Shown here: one piece after another, positions 1-10,200 of the stretch
Layout of the letters: every line of letters starts with the position of its first letter
Position numbering within the stretch: position 1 is the first letter of the stretch
Source of the DNA: Schizochytrium sp. TIO01
Taxonomy: Eukaryota; Protista; Bigyra: Labyrinthulomycetes
Length of the DNA stretch: 64,000 bases
Direction: 5' to 3'
Assembly: GCA_004764695.1 (NCBI GenBank)
Contig: SMSO01000035.1
Span: forward strand, 3,918,040-3,982,039
The notes under the pieces: model-generated
The model's database searches: none
The model's input: only the letters and a program-made list of their open reading frames with translations
Told to the model about the DNA's origin: nothing
Translations under genes and position numbers: made by a program

Positions 1-1
1 G

Positions 2-664
2 CGCGAAATTAAACGTTTAATTGTAGAGGAGGTAAAGAGGACAGTTCGATCGCAAATGAGCCAATACATTGCTCGCGAAACGAAGCGTGACGCTAATGAC
101 GAAAGGAAAAAAGAAATCGAGGCGAAAAGTCATATTGTCTCAGAGCGTCAAGCATATGATAACCAGAGACTGCGGCAAGAAATAGAGTATCTACGTAAGC
201 ACAATAAAGATCAAGAAAAAGAAATTCGGCGATTACAAAGTGTAAATACGGGTCTGACACGGGATATTAAAGTTATCGTAGAGGAGGAGAGGCGCATGGC
301 CGCGATTGCAATTGCTGAGGCTAGAAGCGAATTGAAGCGCCAACTTCACCACGTAATGCACGATCATAAAGTCCAAGTGGAGGCATTGCAGAATCAACTT
401 CGTATGCTTCAAGACCAACATTCGAATATCGAGATCACTGAGGAGAAAACCAATCAATCTGTAGGCCATACATCGCACCATTCTCAGCAAAATGATATAT
501 CAAGTTCAGGATTTCGTTCCACAGGTAACGATAAACGCAAAACTCGACTCTTGCACCTCATAGACCGTGCAATTCAAAGTATGGATGATCTTGAGATCGC
601 AGTACCAGTCGTGCATAACGGATCCTTATCTCCACTTTCACGGAAGCCCAAAAAGTCTCCGTGA
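2..664 (+). CDS. 3' part of a coiled-coil protein of unknown function; gene begins upstream of the window
   Basis: Frame is open from base 2 (REIKRLIVEEVKRTVRSQM...) to TGA at 662-664; E/K/R/Q-rich heptad-like sequence. Confidence 0.75.
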   Translation, partial: REIKRLIVEEVKRTVRSQMSQYIARETKRDANDERKKEIEAKSHIVSERQAYDNQRLRQEIEYLRKHNKDQEKEIRRLQSVNTGLTRDIKVIVEEERRMAAIAIAEARSELKRQLHHVMHDHKVQVEALQNQLRMLQDQHSNIEITEEKTNQSVGHTSHHSQQNDISSSGFRSTGNDKRKTRLLHLIDRAIQSMDDLEIAVPVVHNGSLSPLSRKPKKSP

Positions 665-966
665 TACATCAGTGTTGTAGCTGATCAAATGTTCTACTAC
701 ACTCCACAAATCTCAGCGGTTTATATTGTTCGGTGTTTGGGCACTTCAAGAAAAATCGAGAATACGGTTTTTATCACTATTATTATTATTTGTTTATTTA
801 ACACTGAAAGTAACGAAAAAGGATCGGCCAAGGTCTCCAGGATACGAAATAGAGTCGCTATCTTCATAAAAATCGGAGTGGAAGGCGCAACACAACGTCA
901 TTTGTATGACTTTAACGCAGGTTTCTCTAACAAAGATTGTTCTAATTGGTCACATTCTTTGAATGT

Positions 967-2877
967 TTAAGAGTTCTGCAGTGCCTGGAGCGCTCCAATG
1001 GAGGCACGCGTAAACATACGTTGCATGCGAGATTGGAACATGATGATCTCTTTGCCAACGAATTCCACTCGGCGGTCCACAAGCTCGTGAGCCCGAGCAA
1101 TAAAATTCATATGCTCAGGTGGCAAGCTTAAAAAGTAAGGCCGCTGCCTATAGTCTGGAAACTGTTGTTGTTGCTGCTCAACCGTCAGTGTTTGAATGGG
1201 AGGCTTAGGATGAAAGGCTTGTTGAGAAACCTGGCCATGGTGGTTGTAGACTTGTTGTTGCTGTTGTTGAAAGCCCTGCTGACCTTGCTGGTTGGCGTAC
1301 GGAGATTGTTTCTTATCTCTCCAGGACCCCTGATGGCCGCCACCATACTCCATAGCCCCATTGCTTCCATTGTTGGTAAGTGCAGGGTTCGCATTGATGC
1401 CATTGCTGTTATTGTTGTTGTTCACACCCCACGGGCGTCTCTCTTCGTGTCGCGAGCGCTTGATACGACGTACACTATGGTCTGTGTACTGGGAGTCAGT
1501 GTGGGAAACAACACTAGACTGGCGATGCAGAGATCCTCGTTCTCTTGTGCGAGAGTTTCCGCGATCATCATCGAGGGTACGACTACTGCGGCGATCACGG
1601 CCCCGATCGTGGTCTTTGGAATGATCTCTGTCACGATCACGGTCACGGTCTCTGTCGCGTGATGTGTAATCCCGCTCTCGCTTATGGTCTCGGGAGAGAT
1701 CACGGTCCCGTCGGCGTTCTGAGTCCCTCGAGGAGTAGTGCCGGTCCTTACTGCGATCCCTGCTCGATCCACGAGTTCGGTCTCTATCCCTAGATGAGCG
1801 TCGCCGATGGTGATCTCTATCTCTAGATCTCATGCTGGCATCATCATCCTTTTGTTCACCTGGACTCTTGTTTTCACGCGTAACTAAAGAATCAGTTTTA
1901 ACATCAGCCTTAATGTCAGTGTCGGCATCAGCTTTGGGTTGATCCTTGGAATCGATCTTAGGATCCACCTTTGCGTCAGCATCCTCGGATTCACGAGTTG
2001 GTGATTTCTGGACATCTTCCTTGGGAGATTCGGCTTCGCGGTTTTCTGCAGAAGGTGCTGCATCCGTTTTAGATGACTCAATAACAGCCTTGCTACTGCT
2101 GCTATTACTGTTTTCCTGGCCGCGGTTGCGGTCACGATCCCGGTCTCTATCGCGGTCACGGCGATCTCGATCTCTATCTCTATCGCGGTCCCGGTCGCGA
2201 TTTTTGCTGCCACTGCGTCTGCTGCTGTGTTCACGATCCCGATCTCTTTCACGGTCTTTGTCTCGATCGCGGTCCCGATCCCTGTCACGACGGTCCCTTT
2301 TTGATCTCTCCGAGTTTCGATCTCTACTACGATCGCGAGTTCTGTCGAAACTGTGGTCGCGACTCCGTCTCGAGCTATCACGATCACGCCGTCGGTGTTT
2401 GCGATCGCGGTCGCTGTGTTTTTCGTAGCTACGGTCCCTTTTACGGTCGTCATTGCGGGTCACGCTGCTCTCACGGTTGCGGTCCTCACCCCTGCGACGT
2501 TCCGGGCTTTTCGACTGCGATCTGGGTCGATGGTCCCGTGAGCTTCTTCGGCGACGATCACGGTCTCTGTCCCGATCCCTGTCGCGGTCCCGATCGCTTC
2601 GGTCTCTGTCTCTGTCCCGATCCCTGTCGCGGTCACGACCTCTGTCACTACGATCTCTTTCCCGAGTCCTATCTCGGCGCCTGTCACGATCATAATGTTT
2701 CCTATCGTCGCGTCGACTTGACTTGTAGCCACTGCTGTTGCTCCTGCTCCTGCTACGTCTTCTGCGGCTTGACGATTCAGCCCTCGAAGTTTTCTTTGGA
2801 TCTGACGATCTCTTGCCACCATCATTGTTGTTGGCCGGTGGCGAGTCTAAGATCTCACCTTCCTCTGCCTCGTCCAT
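967..2877 (-). CDS. Arg/Asp/Ser-rich (RD/RS dipeptide) low-complexity protein, probably an RNA-processing or nuclear-speckle factor
   Basis: Long ORF with first ATG at 2877 (MDEAEEGEIL); long RDRDRD and RSRS tracts, Q/N-rich segment, short helical C-terminal domain; EEGEI resembles the ARS2-binding motif. Confidence 0.8.
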   Translation of the reverse strand: MDEAEEGEILDSPPANNNDGGKRSSDPKKTSRAESSSRRRRSRSRSNSSGYKSSRRDDRKHYDRDRRRDRTRERDRSDRGRDRDRDRDRDRDRSDRDRDRDRDRDRDRRRRSSRDHRPRSQSKSPERRRGEDRNRESSVTRNDDRKRDRSYEKHSDRDRKHRRRDRDSSRRSRDHSFDRTRDRSRDRNSERSKRDRRDRDRDRDRDKDRERDRDREHSSRRSGSKNRDRDRDRDRDRDRRDRDRDRDRDRNRGQENSNSSSSKAVIESSKTDAAPSAENREAESPKEDVQKSPTRESEDADAKVDPKIDSKDQPKADADTDIKADVKTDSLVTRENKSPGEQKDDDASMRSRDRDHHRRRSSRDRDRTRGSSRDRSKDRHYSSRDSERRRDRDLSRDHKRERDYTSRDRDRDRDRDRDHSKDHDRGRDRRSSRTLDDDRGNSRTRERGSLHRQSSVVSHTDSQYTDHSVRRIKRSRHEERRPWGVNNNNNSNGINANPALTNNGSNGAMEYGGGHQGSWRDKKQSPYANQQGQQGFQQQQQQVYNHHGQVSQQAFHPKPPIQTLTVEQQQQQFPDYRQRPYFLSLPPEHMNFIARAHELVDRRVEFVGKEIIMFQSRMQRMFTRASIGALQALQNS

Positions 2878-2963
2878 TGTCACTTCAACTTCTTCACTTC
2901 CACCTCGGGCGTTCTCCAAAGTATCCTACCCGGGGAGATGTAGTATACTAAGTCTGCAGAATC

Positions 2964-3538
2964 CTGTAAAAGTAGAGTAGACTTAGAAATGACTATAAGC
3001 CGATGCAATCCGCGAAGTGCTGTAGATCTCTCTCAAACGTAGGCCAAATTCGATTCGTGTATCGAAATTTGTGCTCTCGACACGAAGTCTTGAAATGAAA
3101 AGATCACGCGTGACAACGATTACTGCTGCTGCTGCTGCTGGTGGTTGACGCTGTGCTGGGCGAGCTGCTGGTTGATCTGCTTCACGTCGTGGATGAGACC
3201 CTCTTGTTGCGCCTGAAGTTTGCCGACGGCCTCGGCGCGCTCGACGTCGACGTTGAGCGAGAGGTCGGGTCTCAGCAGGGCGTGGACAGTGCTCGCACCT
3301 GCGAAGAGGGAGACCAGACAGCCCGTGCCGACGACAACGTATTGCTTCACGACGTACCCGAGGCCCATCGGAGGAGCGTATTAACGGAGAGATGCGCCAG
3401 AGCGCTCGAAACGTCGCCAGTGAAGACGCCGATGAGGCGAAAGAAAAATATGAGAGGTTCGAGACGTAGCCAAGGTCGCAAAAGGGCACGCGGTGAAAGC
3501 AACAAGTAGGCACCTGGCAGTAGCCCTCGATGACTTAC
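2964..3538 (-). other. Putative 575-nt 5'-UTR intron of the RD/RS gene that contains the BRAWNIN-like ORF
   Basis: Minus strand: GAC|GTAAGT donor at 3538; TTCTAAG branch-like site at about 2982-2988; CTACTCTACTTTTACAG| acceptor ending at 2964; no ATG between the acceptor and ATG 2877. Confidence 0.45.
3120..3368 (-). CDS. UQCC6: BRAWNIN/UQCC6 (C12orf73)-like mitochondrial inner-membrane microprotein, complex III assembly factor family
   Basis: 82 aa; one hydrophobic helix followed by SLFAGASTVHALLRPDLSL, matching the family signature AGAxxVHxxx(R/K)PDL(T/S); GC3-rich codons. Confidence 0.75.
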   Translation of the reverse strand: MGLGYVVKQYVVVGTGCLVSLFAGASTVHALLRPDLSLNVDVERAEAVGKLQAQQEGLIHDVKQINQQLAQHSVNHQQQQQQ

Positions 3539-6500
3539 GTCCGCTGCAGCGTGCGTTAGATTGATCGACCGATCGATCAATTGGCGTCTGTTTCTGATCG
3601 TGGCTTTTCCCAAATCATTCGCTAAATTCATTCATTCATTTATTTACTTTTCCTTTACGGATTTCCTTATTTACGTAAGTATAATTTTCTTTTCTTCATT
3701 GTTTACTGTATATATATATTTCTACAATCGTGTAAAGAAAAACCAACGACGGCATGCCATCGGGGAAATACCACTCAAACTAATAATTAGACTGCCCAAA
3801 CTATTCCCTTATTCGGCCACATCGCTTCTTACAGCATAGTTACCAAATTCAAAGGTGTTCTTTTTTGCAGTAGTGAGGGGCATTGAAGGATAGATAGGTT
3901 ATACCGGAGAAATATAAACTATTAGAGGGACTTAGAGAAACTGTTCCTTAGTGAGCTAGATGTTCTAAGTTGGAAAATAGTTCCGGATGTTCCAGAAGAT
4001 CTATAAGTTATAGGTAATTGAAATTAACTTTTATAGAGATGGCCTAGTTGTAATTTTAATCTTGTGTATGAGGCTGTGAATAGAAATTATAGGCAGAATC
4101 AGAGTTTATGCTGGCGTACGAGTGTCTTTTAAATATAAAATTGAGAGTAAAACTTGCCTCAGTTTTCCGAACATAGGAAGCCTCGTTTGATTTTGCAACT
4201 TGAGCTTGAGCTTTTCCCAATAATAATTTTAGAAAAAAAACACCTCCTTTTAAAGTTGATTTACAACATTCTTGTCCGCTTACAATAAATTAAGATGCCT
4301 CCAATCTCATCGCAGACGATAACTCCAACTGCACAATTAAAGTGAAAGGCGCCGTGAGATGCAGACTATATAGGTTGTGATTTTTCTGGCTTTAAGAAAA
4401 CCATGTAAGCGCCCTCGCCCGAGAAGGAGTCGTTTCTTTGTTTCATGTTACATCCCGATTACACCTCCCTTGGCGGAAAAAAACTTTAAAAAAAAACTCT
4501 TTGTTTTGTTACTGTTACTTTTATAGAGCAATGGGGTCCGTTTCATCGGTGTTTCGGTTTCTTACCTCCCTCCTTCTAGAGAAGTGATTGCACGCGAAGG
4601 TTTCTTCGTTAAGGTTTCTTCGTATTGATGACATTCAAGGTATATACTTGTGGCCGCTTTGGTTTATAATCTTTGAGAAATAAAAAGAGTTTTCCGATAA
4701 TCATGATATCGGATGCAGTTGGCTGTACTTGTCACTGTTCTTCAGAACACATGCGCTTGCTGCGGCACTTTTCATGAGATTGTGATACAAAGGCTGACTT
4801 TAAACAGACTGAGAACTTAAGTGATGTGATTGCACATCTTTAAAAAGCTGGTCCTCGAAGGATGGGACAAAAGTAGAAACACAACAGAGTCAAGGAGCCA
4901 TTGTTGAAAATTAGTTAAACTTAATGTTCTTCTGAAGTGAATTTCAGGGGTAAGGCCTCTGCGCCTCCTAATCAAGTTTCCCTTGCTCCCCAACGTTTTT
5001 TTTCGTAATGTTTGCTTCTTAATTTACTACCTCGTGCAAAGTTCAATCTAGCAGGTTTATTTATATTGTCTGATTGTCTCCATCAACGTTTTGCTCTATT
5101 TTATTTATTTTTATTTTGCAGATTGACGAGTAAATCTGAATTCCCTAGCGCTTCCACCCAGCCTTCAGCTTGAATTCGTAAGTAATAATTCGTTGCCACA
5201 CTTACACCGCTGCACGTGGCCATGTCGTGTCTTTCACAATTCTTCATAAATCCAGTTCTCCAACTTTGGGCCAGCAGTACACCAAAACTCATTTCCCATA
5301 GTTGCTCGAGACAAGATCAAAAACAGTTGCGGGCGAAGCAACACAGGTCTCATTGAATAGTTTTAAAATCGACAAGCCATGAAATATGATGATGGACAAA
5401 TTCGAATGAGCAAACTCCGATTTGTTTATAGGCAAGGACATCCATCTCTTGCAGCACGTGCAGCTTTAGACCAGGAAACAGTTCCATGAGTTTACATCCG
5501 AACAAGTTCATTGTAGCAATTGTCGAAGCATGTCGCTTTCTGATGTGATTTTGACAGCACGAATGACGAAAAACCAAGAAAACACCAAGAAAACACCAAG
5601 CTTCCATAACTTGGAACATTTGGTTTGCACTGACCACCTCTTCAACACGATTATCATCTAAACTCGAATATCCTTCTATCTTTCTTATCTCTTCGGCACA
5701 GCTCTGGGGATTCTCACTGGCAGCTTGTCAATGCTCAGGCCATCGGCGTTGCTGCTGCTGACCCGGAGTTTTACGCAAGCGTGCAGCACAGAGTTCTCTT
5801 CAGTTTTTCGGTTTCTCAAAACTGCCTTAAGCTTAAGTGACAATTTGGTTTATCTTGTGCATGACCAAGTTCCAGCTTGCTTTCAAAGATCCACATTAAC
5901 TCAATACAGCTTCATCAGGCCGCAGAGCACCACTGCGTCGCTATCGATTACAATGTTGATGTACTGTCTCGACAGCCCACCTTATCGAAGCCCCAGGCCC
6001 AAGGTATTGAACCTTGGCCCATTCCAAGTCCCTTTATCCCCTCCACATAAGATTATCCAACTCATGCACAGATGATTTTTTTTGTAGAGATCCTTATTTG
6101 CAGTTCGCTGCGAGGTTCTCACCAAGGTCACATAGTTTGATTGAAAGTTACCTGTTGCTTTGCCAGTGGTTTCAACCACAACTCCTTCAAATTTACTTTT
6201 CAAGAGACAGCAACTCACGTGCACGTTCACATTCACATTCCCATCATTTTTTTATTTTTATTGATTGCAAAATCAGCGCTGTTAGCTCTTAATAGACAGA
6301 CAGGCACTATCAGTCAGGGTAGGCGCTATTTCGAGGTGAAGTGATTGTTGAGCTACAGCGTGATAGTCCGTAGTGGCGTCGAATGGCGGACGCTCGAAAT
6401 CACTGGGCATCCCTGAGGCGCCACTCCGAGCAGAAATTGAGGACCTCCTCGATGGCAAGGGCAATTAAGAAATGCAAGCTCCAACAAATATGGTGCCAGA

Positions 6501-6822
6501 ATAGGCCGCCTTGGAGCGATCATAAGCAAATTGCAATTTCTTTTTTACGATGGAACTAACTAAAAATTCGATGTTCTTTTTATTATCTGCTCTAGCAGTG
6601 TCTATCACTTAAGCTAGGACGAGTCATCATTTAGTGTTTGTTTCGTGAATAAAATACTCTTAACAACGACATTCATTCATTCATTCATTCATTCCTTAAT
6701 TCATTTTACACAACCAATTGCTATGTTCTCTTTCGAAAGACTGCTGCAAAGCAAGGCTTGGGCGTCCAAAGCTAGCATGATAATCGAGCCATATTTCCTC
6801 GCTCTGGACAGCAGATAACGCA

Positions 6823-7000
6823 GTTGTTTGTTTGCTTGTTTGTTTGTTTGTTTGTTTGTTTGTTTGTTTGTTTGTTTGTTTGTTTGTTTGTTTGTTTGTT
6901 TGTTTGTTTGTTTGTTTGTTTGTTTGTTTGTTTGTTTGTTTGTTTGTTTGTTTGTTTGTTTGTTTGTTTGTTTGTTTGTTTGTTTGTTTATTTATTTGTT
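6823..7000. repeat. (GTTT)n microsatellite, about 44 units, upstream of the WW gene
   Basis: Direct sequence reading. Confidence 0.98.
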
Positions 7001-7220
7001 GAGAAGTGAAGCGTCGCTGTGAATGCTTTGGGAAGTTCTATGATGATTGATTGTTATGAAGTTGAAAATAATATAAACTACTAAAACAAAATTGCTCTTC
7101 ACTTCATAATAATTTGTTCGACATCGACACCAAAAACACGGAAAGCAGCAAAAACAGACTTCTTGGGCAGACCGCCGTAGCGCAAGGCGAGCGTTGGCAA
7201 TTGACAAACTTGGGACTGCC

Positions 7221-10200
7221 ATGGCTGGCCAAGAGGGAGCCTGGGTGCGGCGCCGTGACCCGCGCTCTGGGCGATTCTTTTACTTTGATCTAGACTCGCA
7301 AGAGGTAAGTCTGAAGATGCTGTGCTCGCCACCGCCGACAGTGACGACGAAGTCGGCACGGAGGCCTGGCTCAACACCTAGGAATCGCGCGTGAACATCG
7401 TGAAATTTACAAGCACGTGGGTTAGCATATATATATATACATTCACCTGTGGTCTATTTATATTTTGTGCAGTTGACAGCATGATTTTCACCATGTTACA
7501 AGCACTTGCGCAGTGTCAAAGTCTCCACATCATCCTCAAAATCAGTAGCATGAAGGTGATTCTGTAGACTCTAAGGATTTACAATATTCTAATTCGCTCG
7601 AGAAGCAGTGTAGAGCGCTGCAATTGTACAATAGTGGGGTGGGGTGGGTGGAGACATGGTTTGCAATTAGGTTGCGCGGCGAAGTAACGGAGGGACATTG
7701 TTGAGACTGACGCAAAACTATGTTTTGGTTAATGCTATAATTTGCGGTCGCTGCTGACATGTATTCTGCTGACGATAATGATGATCTATACACCTTCTTA
7801 CCATTGGCAATTGACTCACACTGGCGACAGTCTACGTATAATGTACCCAAAAAAGTTCTCCATGGAGATTGGGAGGTAGGTTCAGGATATGGAGGTTTCA
7901 TTGGAGGTGAGTCTCGTCGAGAACTTAAAGAAGGGCCCTAACTGTACACTTGAATCATTTTTGCAATCACAGATCATGAAAGACCCAGGGACGGACCGGA
8001 TCTTTTATTTTCATAAAAAGAATGGCACTTCACAGTGGGAACTGCCCTCAGGGGCCTTTGTTCCCCCTTCAGTGGCTTTCGCAGATAGCCAGGATGAAGA
8101 CGAGCATGATGATGCTATGTCGGTACCCTCTGAAGTTGGTTTTGCTTACGATGGTCCACAAATAGTTCGAAGCCAACAACATCATGTGCAAAAGCATGCA
8201 AATCTTTTAGACCACAGGATGGGAAACCGTGGTCATCATATTCATGAAAATATTAACACAGATGAGACTGGAGCTGACGATGATGAGGATTCCTGGGTAG
8301 AAGTATGGGACGAAGAAACAAACAGGAAATTCTGGCATCATGAGATGACAGGGGAGTCCCGATGGGTTCGTCCAGGTAAACCCGAAAGGCGGCAGTCTAA
8401 TGTGATTGCTGCTAGCGAGCTCAACATTTTGCAGCGCCCTAGACAGTCCTCCATTGGCAGCGTTCTAGATGAAGAAGGGGATTGGCGCATGATGAAAGAT
8501 AATGTTACTGGTCGTGTTTTCTTCTATAATGTAAGCTCGGGACATAGCCAGTGGGAACGCCCAGAAGAGTTTGATGGACCTAATCTTTTGGCTGGAAAAT
8601 TATATACCCCTGCAGAGAAGTGGGAAAAGCTTCACGACCCAGCAACTGGTCGTGTATTCTTTTTTAATCGTGAGGAGGGTATTACTCAATGGGAGCGCCC
8701 GCGAGAGCTCGACTTCTTCCCTCGTGAAGGAAGTCCTCGCATTTCTGTAATTCCTCATGGCTTACATCCAACCGATGATGGAGAGGAGGAACAGGAGGGC
8801 GATTGGGAAGAAATATATGATCCTGACTCGAAAAGGGTCTTCTATTTTAATCGAAGAACCGGGCGTTCGTCTTGGGACCGTCCTTCGCTGAAGGGAAATT
8901 CGCCCAGCGGGCACCATGCACAAGATTCCACTTCACAGTCTCCTGTCACGCCACCTGTGGCAAATGGAAACGGGGAAGAATGGAAGGGTGATACAGAAGA
9001 TGCACCAGCTTCGTCCACTGATGACATCGTTCAAGCCACTTATATTCGTGCTCCTCGAAGGGCATCGGGAGCCCCTGCTAAGTTATCAGATGTCTCTAAA
9101 CGAACAAGGGAAGAGTCTGGCCAGGGCATGAGTACTCTCACTAGTCCTCCTAAGAACCTTGATAAGGCCACAGAGACCGAAAACGACCCTCACATATTTT
9201 CTCCTGCGCCACCCTCATTTGATGATGCAAGTCACAACGAGGCTTTTAATCCTGCCATCTCTTCCAAGCCGGATGTTATAGAGAAGGAGGATGGCACACC
9301 TAATCAATCTCTGGGAGAGGCGGCAGAGAGCAAATCTTCACGTCTTGCGAAAAGAGACACTGAAGAAAGTTTGAACAGTGAAATCCAGGACAAGAAATCA
9401 AACGCTCGCCAGCAAGACCCAGAATCCACTGATTCATTAAATGCGCAAACGGATTGGCGCGAACTTATCGACGAATCAACTGGACGAACATATTTTTTTA
9501 ACCAAGTCACAGGTGAGTCGCAGTGGATTGATCCGCGTAAGGCTACTCTTGTCGATGAAGATTGGTGCCAGCTTGTTGATGCCGAAACACAACGGAAGTA
9601 CTTCTACAATAAGCGCACTGGCGAATCCCGATGGCATTTGGACGAAAAACTTAATGCAGACACAAGTGCTCCTTTGACTGATGATGGCGATCAAGCTGTT
9701 GCAGAGGAGGACCAAACTGAGAATGTAAAACCACAAAGTCATACTTTTGAGAGTTCAGGGCGTCGTCTGGATCGTAGCGAAACAGATCCAGAGACCGAAA
9801 GTGTTCAGAAGGACGCTGGTCGAAGATCAAGCGCAATGCCATCATTGGCAAGTCCAACAGGATCTCAACAGCATAACGAGCAGTCATCTTCCCTCCTCAG
9901 CTTCTTCACCTACCGCCGCCGCATTATCCCCGCAAGATTCCAATGCTGACCCAGCCATATTTGTATCAGCAGACCACCCTGCACAGCGGGAATCGGCTCC
10001 TGGCTCGCCCCCCTCTGCTGAACCGACGCCTAGCCAGGGCAGCTCAAACTCAAGGCGCGCATCGACTTCACCAGGATTCTCGCCTTCGAGTTCATCGAGT
10101 TTGCAAAGCCAAACTGATGGTTTGAATGACCCGCGGTTTCAATCAGAACGCAAGCTTGATCGTGCCGAAACATTCGATCACTCCTCAAAACTCGGTGATG

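Noticed and set aside
1165-2980. Numerous + strand and alternate-frame ORFs over the RD/RS gene
   Set aside because: Antisense shadows of a low-complexity, stop-poor repeat CDS
6824-7022. ORFs of FVCL repeats
   Set aside because: Translation of the (GTTT)n microsatellite
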